Shown one piece after another: positions 55,579-64,000 of a stretch of 64,000 bases of DNA. The notes beneath the pieces are model-generated. The model saw only the letters and a program-made list of their open reading frames with translations, did not search any database and was not told the DNA's origin. How positions within the stretch are numbered: the first letter of the stretch is position 1; the number at the start of each line of letters is the position of its first letter. Source of the DNA: a virus; the IMG/VR virus record IMGVR_UViG_3300017748_000002, positions 32,001 through 96,000 of that record, one strand, 5' to 3'. Position numbers and translations under genes: made by a program.

Positions 55579-57127
55579 TCTTAAGCGAGACGGTGTTCAA
55601 GAACAATGGACTCCTGAAAAGCTTAGAGAATATAAGAGATGTATGGATGATCCTGTATATTTCGCTGAGACGTATATAAAAGTAATTTCACTTGATCAAG
55701 GTTTAGTATCATTTAAGCTATATCCTTATCAACAAGACATGTTTGAGCATTTTAATGAGCATCGGTTTAACATTGTACTGGCTTGCAGACAATCGGGAAA
55801 ATCAATATCCGCGTGTGCCTACCTGCTCTGGTATGCGCTGTTTCATCCGGAAAAAACTGTTGCAATCCTCGCAAACAAAGGAGCCACTGCCAGGGAAATG
55901 CTCGGCAGGATCACGCTTATGCTGGAGAACTTACCGTTCTTTCTTCAACCCGGATCAAAAGCTGTCAACAAAGGCTCTCTTGAGTTTGCTAATAATTCTC
56001 GAATCATTACTGCTGCGACCTCTGGGTCTTCTATTCGTGGTCTATCCATCAATTTGCTTTACCTTGATGAGTTTGCTTTCGTAGAAAGAGCATCTGAGTT
56101 TTATACGTCAACATATCCGGTGGTATCTGCTGGTAAAGATACTAAAGTCATTATAACGTCAACGGCTAATGGTATCGGCAATATGTTCTATAAAATATGG
56201 GAAGGTGCAGAGCAAAAAGTCAATGAATTTAATTCTTTCAGAGTCGACTGGTGGGATGTTCCGGGACGAGATAAAGAATGGAAAGCACAAACAATTGCTA
56301 ACACTAGTCAATTGCAGTTTGATCAAGAATTCGGTAATACATTCTTCGGCACTGGTGATACCTTAATCGGTGCAGAAGCTCTTATGAAATTAAGAGCATC
56401 AAATCCAAAAGAGTATTTTGAAGGCGGAGATTTTCTTGTCTATAAACAACCTGTCAAGAAGCATGAATATATTATAACTGTTGATGTTGGAAAGGGAAGA
56501 GGTCAGGACTATTCTACATTTAACGTAATCGATATTAGCGTGGCGCCGTTTGAACAGGTTGCTGTGTACCGCAACAATACTATCTCGCCTTTGCTCTTCC
56601 CTAATATTATATATAAGTACGCAAAAATCTACAACAATGGTTATGTAATTGTAGAATCTAACGACCAAGGATCGTTAGTTGCTAATGGTCTATACCATGA
56701 ATTAGAATATGAAAATGTCCATGTAGAGTCTGCAATTAAGTCAAATGCCATTGGTGTTACAATGACTCGAAAAGTCAAAAGGCTTGGATGTTCGGGTTTA
56801 AAAGACATCTTAGAAAATAATAAATTAAATGTAGTAGATGAAGAAACTATACTAGAAATATCTACTTTTGTAGCAAGAGGCCAATCATACGAAGCATCGG
56901 ATGGGAATCATGATGACTTAGTTATGACGCTAGTTATGTTTGGATATTTTGCTCAGACTCAATTTTTCTCAGACATGACAGATATTGACTTAAAACAAAT
57001 GTTGTTTGAAGATAGAATGAAACAAATTGAAGACGATATTGTACCATTTGGATTTGTTGATGATGGTTCAGATTATATAGAATCAATCGAAAAACCTGAT
57101 TGGGTAGTTGAATTTGATGAAATTTAA
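55541..57127 (+). CDS. gp17: Terminase large subunit
   Basis: YLGNPNLK, RQSGKS Walker A, LYLDEFAF Walker B, ITSTANG, VDVG.GRGQDYS, HDDLVM. Confidence 0.97.
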   Translation: MLNPLKTYLGNPNLKRDGVQEQWTPEKLREYKRCMDDPVYFAETYIKVISLDQGLVSFKLYPYQQDMFEHFNEHRFNIVLACRQSGKSISACAYLLWYALFHPEKTVAILANKGATAREMLGRITLMLENLPFFLQPGSKAVNKGSLEFANNSRIITAATSGSSIRGLSINLLYLDEFAFVERASEFYTSTYPVVSAGKDTKVIITSTANGIGNMFYKIWEGAEQKVNEFNSFRVDWWDVPGRDKEWKAQTIANTSQLQFDQEFGNTFFGTGDTLIGAEALMKLRASNPKEYFEGGDFLVYKQPVKKHEYIITVDVGKGRGQDYSTFNVIDISVAPFEQVAVYRNNTISPLLFPNIIYKYAKIYNNGYVIVESNDQGSLVANGLYHELEYENVHVESAIKSNAIGVTMTRKVKRLGCSGLKDILENNKLNVVDEETILEISTFVARGQSYEASDGNHDDLVMTLVMFGYFAQTQFFSDMTDIDLKQMLFEDRMKQIEDDIVPFGFVDDGSDYIESIEKPDWVVEFDEI

Positions 57128-57132
57128 TTTTA

Positions 57133-57182
57133 TATAAATATATCATATAGTGAACAGAACCGTATTATGAAACTTATAAATA
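57133..57182 (+). promoter_or_regulatory. Two tandem T4-type late promoters (57133-57140 and 57175-57182)
   Basis: Two exact TATAAATA motifs upstream of gp18. Confidence 0.75.
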
Positions 57183-57201
57183 GAACCTCAAGAGGGAACT
57201 C

Positions 57202-58983
57202 ATGGCACTTTTCGCACCATCACAATCCCCTGCAGTTGTTGTCAAAGAAGTAGATCTGACTGGCGGCGTGCCAAATGTTCAGACTTCTACTGGCGCATAT
57301 GTAGGTAAGTTTAAGTGGGGTCCGGTAGACAAAGCGACCTTGGTAGCTAACGAAGAAGAACTCGTTGGTACTTTTGGATCGCCAGATACCTCCCACAACA
57401 TCAATTTCCATGACGCAGCGTATTTCCTGCGTTATTCAAACGCTCTTCAACTTGTCAGAGTTGTAGATGCTACTGCAAAGAATGCTGCAGCGACAACCGG
57501 TCAAACATCCGCATTTGTCCATACTGCAGTAACTAATCCCGTTGTTAAAAATTTAGATAATTTTAACGCTCAGATTACTGCACTTGATTCCGATGGCCAC
57601 ACTTTTGTAGCTCGGTTTCCTGGAGTGCTTGGCAACTCATTGAGAGTTTCAGTATGTCCACCATCTCTGAATGATTCAGCGTTTAATGGTTGGACTTACA
57701 AAGGCTCTTTTGATGCTGCTCCATCAACATCAGACTGGGCAGTTGCTAGGGACGCTTCTGATGATGAACTACACGTTGCAGTTGTTGACGTAAATGGTTC
57801 ATTCAGTGGAACTAAAGGGACAGTTCTTGAAACATATCCTTTCCTTTCAGTTGCATCTGACGCAAAAAGCGTTGAAGACGGGACTGCACTCTACATCAAA
57901 GATGTAATCAACAGTCGTTCATCGTACGTACACTTTGTAGACTTTGATTCCAACTTTACAAACTTTGGTAGTGCTGGTACAGCTACTACATCTGGAACAC
58001 CTAAGTCGTTCTTAGGAACTGCTGTAGAAACTTCGGCTACTACTAACTTTGAATTTGATTCTGGCCTCGATGCAGGAACTCTAACAACTTCAAATTATCT
58101 AAGTGGTTTCGACCTCTTCGAAGATAAAGATCAAATTGAAGTTGATTTCTTGATTGCTCCGGGCATGGGATCTGCTGGTAACCAAACTACAGTTACTAAT
58201 GATCTGATCTCTACTGCGAACGCTCGTAAAGATTGTATCGTTGTTACTTCTCCTGCGAGAAGCGACGTCGTAAATCAAACCAACGAAGCTACGATCACAT
58301 CAAATATTACTACAACAACTGGAACATTTACCCGGTCAAGCTATTCTGTGGTAAACGGTAACTACCTTAAAGTATACGATAAGTACAATGACGTATACAT
58401 TGAGATTCCTGCTAGCTCTTCGGTTGCTGGTCTTATGGCCGAAACTGATAGAGTTGCAGCTCCTTGGTTCTCACCAGCTGGTACTCGGAGAGGATTACTT
58501 CTTGGTGTAACTTCGGTTAATTACAATCCGAACAAAACACGCCGAGACACTCTTTACAAAGCCGGTGTTAACCCGATTGTGAATCTTCCCGGTCAAGGAA
58601 TTTTACTTTACGGCGATAAAACAGCATTGAATAGACCATCTGCTTTTGATCGCATCAACGTAAGACGTTTGTTCCTTACACTTGAAAGAGCAATTGAAAG
58701 AGCTGCTCAAAACGTACTCTTTGAATTCAACGATGAGTTTACTCGCGCTGAGTTCGTAAATATTATCGAGCCTGTACTTCGCGATGTCAAAGGACGCCGT
58801 GGTATTACAGACTTCCGGATTATTGCTGATGAATCAGTAAATACTCCTGCAGTTGTTGATCGTAACGAGTTTATTGCTAACATCTTTATCAAGCCTGCTC
58901 GCTCGATTAACTACATCACTCTTAACTTTGTCGCTGTCCGTACCGGAGTTTCTTTTGAAGAAGTTACCGGTCAGGCATTTTAA
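57202..58983 (+). CDS. gp18: Tail sheath protein
   Basis: SPAVVVKEVDLT, FKWGP, PWFSPAG..RG, GDKT, AFDRINVRRLF, IFIKPARSINYI.LNFVA.RTGV.FEE. Confidence 0.97.
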   Translation: MALFAPSQSPAVVVKEVDLTGGVPNVQTSTGAYVGKFKWGPVDKATLVANEEELVGTFGSPDTSHNINFHDAAYFLRYSNALQLVRVVDATAKNAAATTGQTSAFVHTAVTNPVVKNLDNFNAQITALDSDGHTFVARFPGVLGNSLRVSVCPPSLNDSAFNGWTYKGSFDAAPSTSDWAVARDASDDELHVAVVDVNGSFSGTKGTVLETYPFLSVASDAKSVEDGTALYIKDVINSRSSYVHFVDFDSNFTNFGSAGTATTSGTPKSFLGTAVETSATTNFEFDSGLDAGTLTTSNYLSGFDLFEDKDQIEVDFLIAPGMGSAGNQTTVTNDLISTANARKDCIVVTSPARSDVVNQTNEATITSNITTTTGTFTRSSYSVVNGNYLKVYDKYNDVYIEIPASSSVAGLMAETDRVAAPWFSPAGTRRGLLLGVTSVNYNPNKTRRDTLYKAGVNPIVNLPGQGILLYGDKTALNRPSAFDRINVRRLFLTLERAIERAAQNVLFEFNDEFTRAEFVNIIEPVLRDVKGRRGITDFRIIADESVNTPAVVDRNEFIANIFIKPARSINYITLNFVAVRTGVSFEEVTGQAF

Positions 58984-59002
58984 TCTAAGGAGGATTTAAC
59001 CA

Positions 59003-59542
59003 ATGGCACTAGGTAGTGTAGACGAATTTAAGTCAAGGCTGACCGGCGGTGGTGCTCGCGGTAACCTCTTTCAGGTTACTCTTGCCAATCCACGTGGCGG
59101 TTTAGGTGTTGATCTGGATGTTGACTTCGCGTCATTTATGTGTGAGACAGCCCAGCTTCCGGCTTCAACGGTAGGAACAATTGTGATTCCTTTCCGTGGA
59201 CGCCAGTTAAAAGTTGCTGGTGATCGTACATTCGATGCTTGGACAATAACAGTCATCAACGACACAGAGTTTAAGATCAGGAACGCAATGGAGCGTTGGA
59301 TGAATGCCATCGCAAACCATGCAGATGCCGGTGGTACACAGGCACCTGATGTTTACTTTACTGATCTTAAGGTTGATCAATTTGATCGTGAAGAAAATGT
59401 CATTAAGACATACACGTTCAAAGACGCTTGGCCTTCAGAGGTAGCTCCAATTGATCTCAGCTATGGTGATAATGATACAATCGAAAGATTCTCTATCACA
59501 TGGCAGTATCAATACTGGACATCAAACACCACTGATAATTAA
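59003..59542 (+). CDS. gp19: Tail tube protein
   Basis: GGGAR.NLF.V, LPAS.VG.I.IPFRGR.LK.AGDRTF..WTITV.ND..F.IR.A.E.W. Confidence 0.96.
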   Translation: MALGSVDEFKSRLTGGGARGNLFQVTLANPRGGLGVDLDVDFASFMCETAQLPASTVGTIVIPFRGRQLKVAGDRTFDAWTITVINDTEFKIRNAMERWMNAIANHADAGGTQAPDVYFTDLKVDQFDREENVIKTYTFKDAWPSEVAPIDLSYGDNDTIERFSITWQYQYWTSNTTDN

Positions 59543-59550
59543 TAATATAT

Positions 59551-59582
59551 AGAAGGAGCAGGAAAAGCTTGCTCCTTCTTTT
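59551..59582 (+). terminator. Probable Rho-independent terminator after gp19
   Basis: AGAAGGAGCA (59551-60) pairs with TGCTCCTTCT (59570-79), followed by a short T run. Confidence 0.6.
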
Positions 59583-59595
59583 ATAAGGAATTAAC

Positions 59596-61092
59596 ATGGC
59601 AGAAAACAATCGCGGATTTAGATTATTTGGTTTCGAAATCAAAAGAAATACGCCTGAAGAAGATCCAAAAAAGGCTGCTTCGATTGTCCCCGCGCGAGAT
59701 GAAGATGGTGCTGGTTATGTAACAGCATCCGGATCTCATTATGGCCAATATATTAATCTAGATGGAACCGACGCTAAAGACAACCACTCTCTTATCATGA
59801 AATATCGTGGAGTTGCGATGCATCCAGAAGTTGATGCAGCAATTGAAGATATTGTAAATGAAGCAATTGTCGGTGGTGAAGATCCAATTACTATTGACAT
59901 GGATAACTTGGACGTTTCTGACGGAATCAAAAAACAAATCAAAGATGAATTTGATGGTATTTGTTCAATGCTTAGTTTTAATGAGCTTGGACACGATATG
60001 TTTAGACGTTGGTACGTAGATGGTAGAATCTATCATCACCTTGTTGTTGATGAGACAAATCTAAAAAAAGGTATTGTAGACATTCGGCCGATCGATGCTG
60101 CTCGGATTCGTAAAGTCAAACAAGTTAAAAAGAAAAAAGATCCAGCAACTGGGGCTGATCTGATTGAAAATGTAGATGAGTATTTTATCTATCAAGAAAA
60201 GCCAGGAGCTCAGACTTCAGGCGTTAAACTTTCTCTTGATTCTGTCTCATACGTTACTTCTGGTCTTCTTGATGAAACTAGACGTAAAGTATTATCCTAC
60301 ATTCACAAATCACTGAAGCCAATCAATCAGTTAAGAATGATGGAAGACTCTTTGGTCATCTATCGCTTAGCTCGTGCTCCAGAGCGTCGTATCTTCTATA
60401 TTGATGTTGGTAACTTACCACGTGGTAAAGCCGAACAATATATGAAAGACATCATGACACGCTATCGTAATAAGCTTGTCTATGACGCAGCGACCGGTGA
60501 AATTAAAGACGATCGTAAACATCAATCATTACTTGAAGATTTTTGGCTTCCACGTCGTGAAGGTGGTAAAGGTACTGAGATCTCAACTCTACCGGGTGGT
60601 GATAACCTCGGTCAGATTGATGACATTGTTTACTTTCAAAAGAAACTCTATCGTGCTTTGAATGTTCCAATTAATCGTTTAGAACAAGAATCACAATTTA
60701 GCCTCGGTAGATCAAGTGAAATTTCTCGTGATGAGCTTAAGTTTCAGAAGTTTATTGATAGACTACGTTCTCGGTTTAGTCACCTCTTTATGGGTATTCT
60801 CAAAACTCAACTTATTCTCAAAGGTATCGTGACTGACCAAGACTGGGTTGACATGAAAGAAGACATTCTTGTCAACTTCATGAGAGATAACCACTTTACA
60901 GAATTAAAAGAAACAGAACTTTTAAGAGAAAGAATTCAAACACTAGACCAAATGTCTAATTATATTGGTGAATATTTCTCGAAAGAATGGGTAATGAAAA
61001 ACGTTCTAATGTTCTCTGATGATGATATTGAACAACTTGCAAAACAGGCTGGTGATGAAGAACAGCCACAAGGAGAAAATGAAAATGAGTGA
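59596..61092 (+). CDS. gp20: Portal vertex protein
   Basis: HPEVD.AIEDIVNEAI, WYVDGR, NQLRMMEDSLVIYR..RAPERRIFYIDVGNLP..KAEQY, EDFWLPRREGG.GTEI.TLPGG. Confidence 0.97.
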   Translation: MAENNRGFRLFGFEIKRNTPEEDPKKAASIVPARDEDGAGYVTASGSHYGQYINLDGTDAKDNHSLIMKYRGVAMHPEVDAAIEDIVNEAIVGGEDPITIDMDNLDVSDGIKKQIKDEFDGICSMLSFNELGHDMFRRWYVDGRIYHHLVVDETNLKKGIVDIRPIDAARIRKVKQVKKKKDPATGADLIENVDEYFIYQEKPGAQTSGVKLSLDSVSYVTSGLLDETRRKVLSYIHKSLKPINQLRMMEDSLVIYRLARAPERRIFYIDVGNLPRGKAEQYMKDIMTRYRNKLVYDAATGEIKDDRKHQSLLEDFWLPRREGGKGTEISTLPGGDNLGQIDDIVYFQKKLYRALNVPINRLEQESQFSLGRSSEISRDELKFQKFIDRLRSRFSHLFMGILKTQLILKGIVTDQDWVDMKEDILVNFMRDNHFTELKETELLRERIQTLDQMSNYIGEYFSKEWVMKNVLMFSDDDIEQLAKQAGDEEQPQGENENE

Positions 61093-61390
61093 AGTTGAAA
61101 CACAAGAACCTGAAATTGAAGAAAATCCACTAGCAGGTCTAGTACAAGCTGCATTGGATAAAGATTATAATAAGGCTAATGAACTTTTTGGCCAAGCTAT
61201 TACTGTTAAACTTGATGACATTATAGATCAAGAAAAAATTAAAGTTTCTGATCAATTGTTTAATGGAGCAGAAGAAGAACAGGAGGAAGAGCCAGATGAA
61301 GATACTGACGATTCTGAAGATGATTCTGAAGTGGAAGATACTGAAGCTGAAGATGATGTGGATGCTGATGAAGAAAATTCTTCTGAGTAG
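61085..61390 (+). CDS. Acidic prohead core protein (gp67-like)
   Basis: Between portal and protease, very acidic C-terminus; start ATG 61085 with GGAG RBS. Confidence 0.65.
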   Translation: MSEVETQEPEIEENPLAGLVQAALDKDYNKANELFGQAITVKLDDIIDQEKIKVSDQLFNGAEEEQEEEPDEDTDDSEDDSEVEDTEAEDDVDADEENSSE

Positions 61391-61403
61391 AAAATAATAA
61401 AGT

Positions 61404-61411
61404 TATAAATA
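61404..61411 (+). promoter_or_regulatory. T4-type late promoter TATAAATA
   Basis: Exact motif upstream of gp21. Confidence 0.75.
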
Positions 61412-61445
61412 TATAAGAATGAATGAAACAAAAGGTTTGTGTAAA

Positions 61446-62102
61446 ATGAAATTAATTTCCGAATTTACAGACATTCAAATCGGTTACGAAGTTATCACCG
61501 AAGAAAAAAGTGGTAAGAAAAAATACGTGATTGAAGGTGTTTTCGCGCAAGCCGATAAAAAGAATAGAAACGGTCGAGTATATCCACGCGGAGTAATGGA
61601 ATCAGCAATCGGTAAATATAACGATGTGCAAGTTTCTAAAGGCCGCGCAGTTGGTGAATTGAATCACCCTGAAGGACCGACCGTTAACTTAGATAAAGTT
61701 TCTCATAAGATCGAATCTCTTCAATTTGAAAGAAACGATGTTATGGGCAAAGCCACAGTATTGGATACACCTATGGGACAGATTGTTAAAGGTCTTCTCG
61801 ATGGAGGTGTTCAGCTGGGCGTTTCGACTCGTGGTATGGGAAGTTTGACGCAACAAAATGGCGCAATGATCGTCAAAGACGATTTTATGCTTAACGCTAT
61901 TGATATAGTACAAGATCCATCGGCACCGTCTGCATTTGTTAATGGGATTATGGAAGGTGTAGATTGGGTTTGGCATAACGGCATTATTGAGGCAAGAACT
62001 ATTGAAAAAATGGAGACTGAAATTAAGAAAGCTCCACGTGCTGATCTCTATGAGACACAGGTTCGTGAGTTCAAGAATTTCCTCTCGTTACTCAAAACTT
62101 AG
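61446..62102 (+). CDS. gp21: Prohead protease
   Basis: MKLI.E, IEG.F.QA..KNRNGR.YP, GELNHP, GVSTRGMGSL, DIVQDPSAP.AFV.GIMEG. Confidence 0.96.
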   Translation: MKLISEFTDIQIGYEVITEEKSGKKKYVIEGVFAQADKKNRNGRVYPRGVMESAIGKYNDVQVSKGRAVGELNHPEGPTVNLDKVSHKIESLQFERNDVMGKATVLDTPMGQIVKGLLDGGVQLGVSTRGMGSLTQQNGAMIVKDDFMLNAIDIVQDPSAPSAFVNGIMEGVDWVWHNGIIEARTIEKMETEIKKAPRADLYETQVREFKNFLSLLKT

Positions 62103-62123
62103 ATAAAATAAGGAGTCAATAAA

Positions 62124-63167
62124 ATGACTGATCAAGAAAATCTCGATCAAGATGTTGAACTCCATGATGACGAGACTGTCATGGAAATGTCTGATCACGA
62201 ATCAGATTCAGTAAAAAGTGCTGATTCTGCCGCAGACGCTTCTGGTAATGCACCAAAGCGTACCGGCGACCAAACAAAGCAAGAACCAATGCCAAAGACC
62301 AAAGCGGCTCTTATGGCTGCTATGATGCATAACATGGGAAAGATGGATAAGAAATCTCTCCAAGCTATGTATGGCAAGCATAAAGAAATGTATCACAACG
62401 AAGATATCGACGTTGACGGTGAAGTAATTGCCGAAGCTCCAAAAGCAGAAATTGCTTATGAAGCTAACTTCGACGACGATCTTAACGCATTGGTATCTGA
62501 AGAAGCAACTCTTTCAGATGAGTTCAAAGACAAAGCATCTACAATCTTTGAAGCTGCTATTAAGTCTAAGCTCTCAGCTGAAGTTGATCGTTTGGAAGAA
62601 AAGTACAACGAAGAACTTGCTGAAGAAATCTCAACAACCAAAGCTGATCTTGTAGAAAAGGTAGATTCATATCTTAACTACGTTGTAGAAAAGTGGTTGG
62701 AAGATAACAAGGTAGCTGTTCAAGCTGGCCTTCGTACAGAAATCGCTGAAAAGTTCATGAACAACTTGAAAGAATTGTTTGTTGAATCTTACATCGATGT
62801 ACCAGAGTCTAAAGTAGACCTAGTTGACGAACTTGCTAGTGAAGTTGATGAGCTCGAAGAGCAACTCAATAACTCTACAGGTAAAATCATCGAAATGACC
62901 GAGGAGCTGGAAAGCTTTAAGCGTGATGCGGTTATCCGTGAAGCGTCTAAAGACCTTGCAGAAACTCAGGTAGAAAAACTCAAGTCTCTTGTAGCTGATA
63001 TCGACTTCAATGAAAGCTTTGCTAACAAAGTCAATACAGTAAAAGAGTCTTACTTCAATAAACCGGCAACTACTGAAGCCGTTACAGAAGAAGATGATAC
63101 CTTTGAGGTTGAAGCTTCAGACGTAATGGGTAAATACCTTAGTGCCATCAAAAAGCAATCGAAATAA
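62124..63167 (+). CDS. gp22: Prohead scaffolding (core) protein
   Basis: LS.EFK.KA.TIFEAA, VDSYL.YVVE.W...N..A, F..SYI.VPE.KVD, KESYF. Confidence 0.93.
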   Translation: MTDQENLDQDVELHDDETVMEMSDHESDSVKSADSAADASGNAPKRTGDQTKQEPMPKTKAALMAAMMHNMGKMDKKSLQAMYGKHKEMYHNEDIDVDGEVIAEAPKAEIAYEANFDDDLNALVSEEATLSDEFKDKASTIFEAAIKSKLSAEVDRLEEKYNEELAEEISTTKADLVEKVDSYLNYVVEKWLEDNKVAVQAGLRTEIAEKFMNNLKELFVESYIDVPESKVDLVDELASEVDELEEQLNNSTGKIIEMTEELESFKRDAVIREASKDLAETQVEKLKSLVADIDFNESFANKVNTVKESYFNKPATTEAVTEEDDTFEVEASDVMGKYLSAIKKQSK

Positions 63168-63183
63168 TAGGGAGTCCTAAACG

Positions 63184-64000
63184 ATGCAAAACGTAGTATC
63201 TTACGATAATCTCGTAGAAAAGTGGGCACCGGTTCTCAATGAAGAAGCTGCCGGATCCATTAAAGACAATCACCGGAAAGCTGTTACTGCAGCTATCTTG
63301 GAAAACCAAGAGCGCGCCCTCCACGAAGAAGGCCTGCTTGAAACAACTTCAACTGGCGACGCTGCAAAGTGGAATCCAGTACTGATCGCACTCGTACGTC
63401 GCGCAATGCCTAACCTCGTTGCTTACGACATCTGTGGCGTTCAGCCAATGTCTGGTCCAACTGGTTTGATCTTCGCAATGAAGGCAGCTTACCAAAAGAC
63501 CAAAGCTGGCCAAGCAAGTGGCGACGAAGCTCTCTTCAACGAAGCTGCTGTCGGTTACTCAGGCGACTCAAGCACAACTGGTAACGGAACACGCGGACCA
63601 TCTGGTCTTGCTGGTACATTAGACGGTGACGGTGACTCAACAATCCTTGACTCCGCCACAGACCACGTACCATATACCGGTGATGCTTACACAGCTGCTG
63701 AAGGCGAAGTACTCGGCGGATCAGGCCAAGAAGAACTGGCTCCAATGGGCTTCACCATCGAGAAGGCAACAGTTACTGCAAAGACACGTGCTCTACGCGC
63801 TAACTACACCCTCGAACTTGCACAGGATCTGAAAGCTATCCACGGTCTGGATGCTGAAACAGAACTGGCAAACATCCTTTCAACTGAAATTCTGGCTGAA
63901 ATCAACCGTGAAGTTGTTCGTACAATCAACGCACAAGCTAAGATTGGTGCCCGTCAGACTTCTAACCAGACACTGGGTGTCTTCGATCTGGCAACAGACG
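63184..64000 (+). CDS. gp23: Major capsid protein, runs off the right window edge
   Basis: Translated by hand: EKWAPVL, LVRRAMPNLVAYDICGVQPMSGPTGLIFAM, KTRAL.A.YTLELAQDLKAIHGLDAETELANILSTEILAEINREV. Confidence 0.97.
   Translation, partial: MQNVVSYDNLVEKWAPVLNEEAAGSIKDNHRKAVTAAILENQERALHEEGLLETTSTGDAAKWNPVLIALVRRAMPNLVAYDICGVQPMSGPTGLIFAMKAAYQKTKAGQASGDEALFNEAAVGYSGDSSTTGNGTRGPSGLAGTLDGDGDSTILDSATDHVPYTGDAYTAAEGEVLGGSGQEELAPMGFTIEKATVTAKTRALRANYTLELAQDLKAIHGLDAETELANILSTEILAEINREVVRTINAQAKIGARQTSNQTLGVFDLATD

Noticed and set aside
55541-61092. Introns, inteins or homing endonucleases in terminase, sheath or portal
   Set aside because: All are uninterrupted and of ordinary length, with no splicing or endonuclease motifs.
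1-64000. CRISPR arrays, tRNAs, integrase or transposase, diversity-generating retroelement, stop-codon reassignment
   Set aside because: No spaced direct repeats, cloverleafs, recombinase or reverse transcriptase seen by eye; conserved genes are intact in the standard code and end in TAA, TAG or TGA.

Overview
This window is the virion-morphogenesis region of a T4-like myovirus. Its gene order and proteins resemble those of environmental, probably aquatic, T4-like phages; the host cannot be determined from the sequence. In order it carries a tape-measure-like gene (partial), gp51/26/54/2/4, gp48/53/27-like/5/25/6/7/9/8, a split VrlC-like protein, fibre-like genes, gp13-22 and the start of gp23, with many T4 late promoters (TATAAATA). 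Between the baseplate/fibre genes and the neck genes lies a 26.4 kb island (20964-47410) of 30 tightly overlapping enzyme genes: 12 radical SAM enzymes with twitch/SPASM-type Cys domains in 3 subfamilies, 5 GT-A-like glycosyltransferases, 6 SGNH-like proteins, 3 methyltransferases, a carbamoyltransferase, a QueC-like ATPase, a PLP enzyme and a 2OG-Fe(II)-like oxygenase. Surface-exposed virion proteins are strongly enriched in the dipeptide Asp-Ser. By hand count, about 40 of about 88 Asp in the 1097-aa fibre are followed by Ser and none by Thr, with further clusters in variable parts of gp14, gp15, gp18 and gp23. Several buried or non-virion proteins have none. The best hypothesis (inference) is a phage-encoded system that attaches heavily tailored glycans or other adducts to the virion at D-S sequons. 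A probable -1 programmed frameshift fusing gp26 to gp51 just upstream of the tape-measure-like gene is also visible. All family calls come from reading motifs by eye; no database searches were run.
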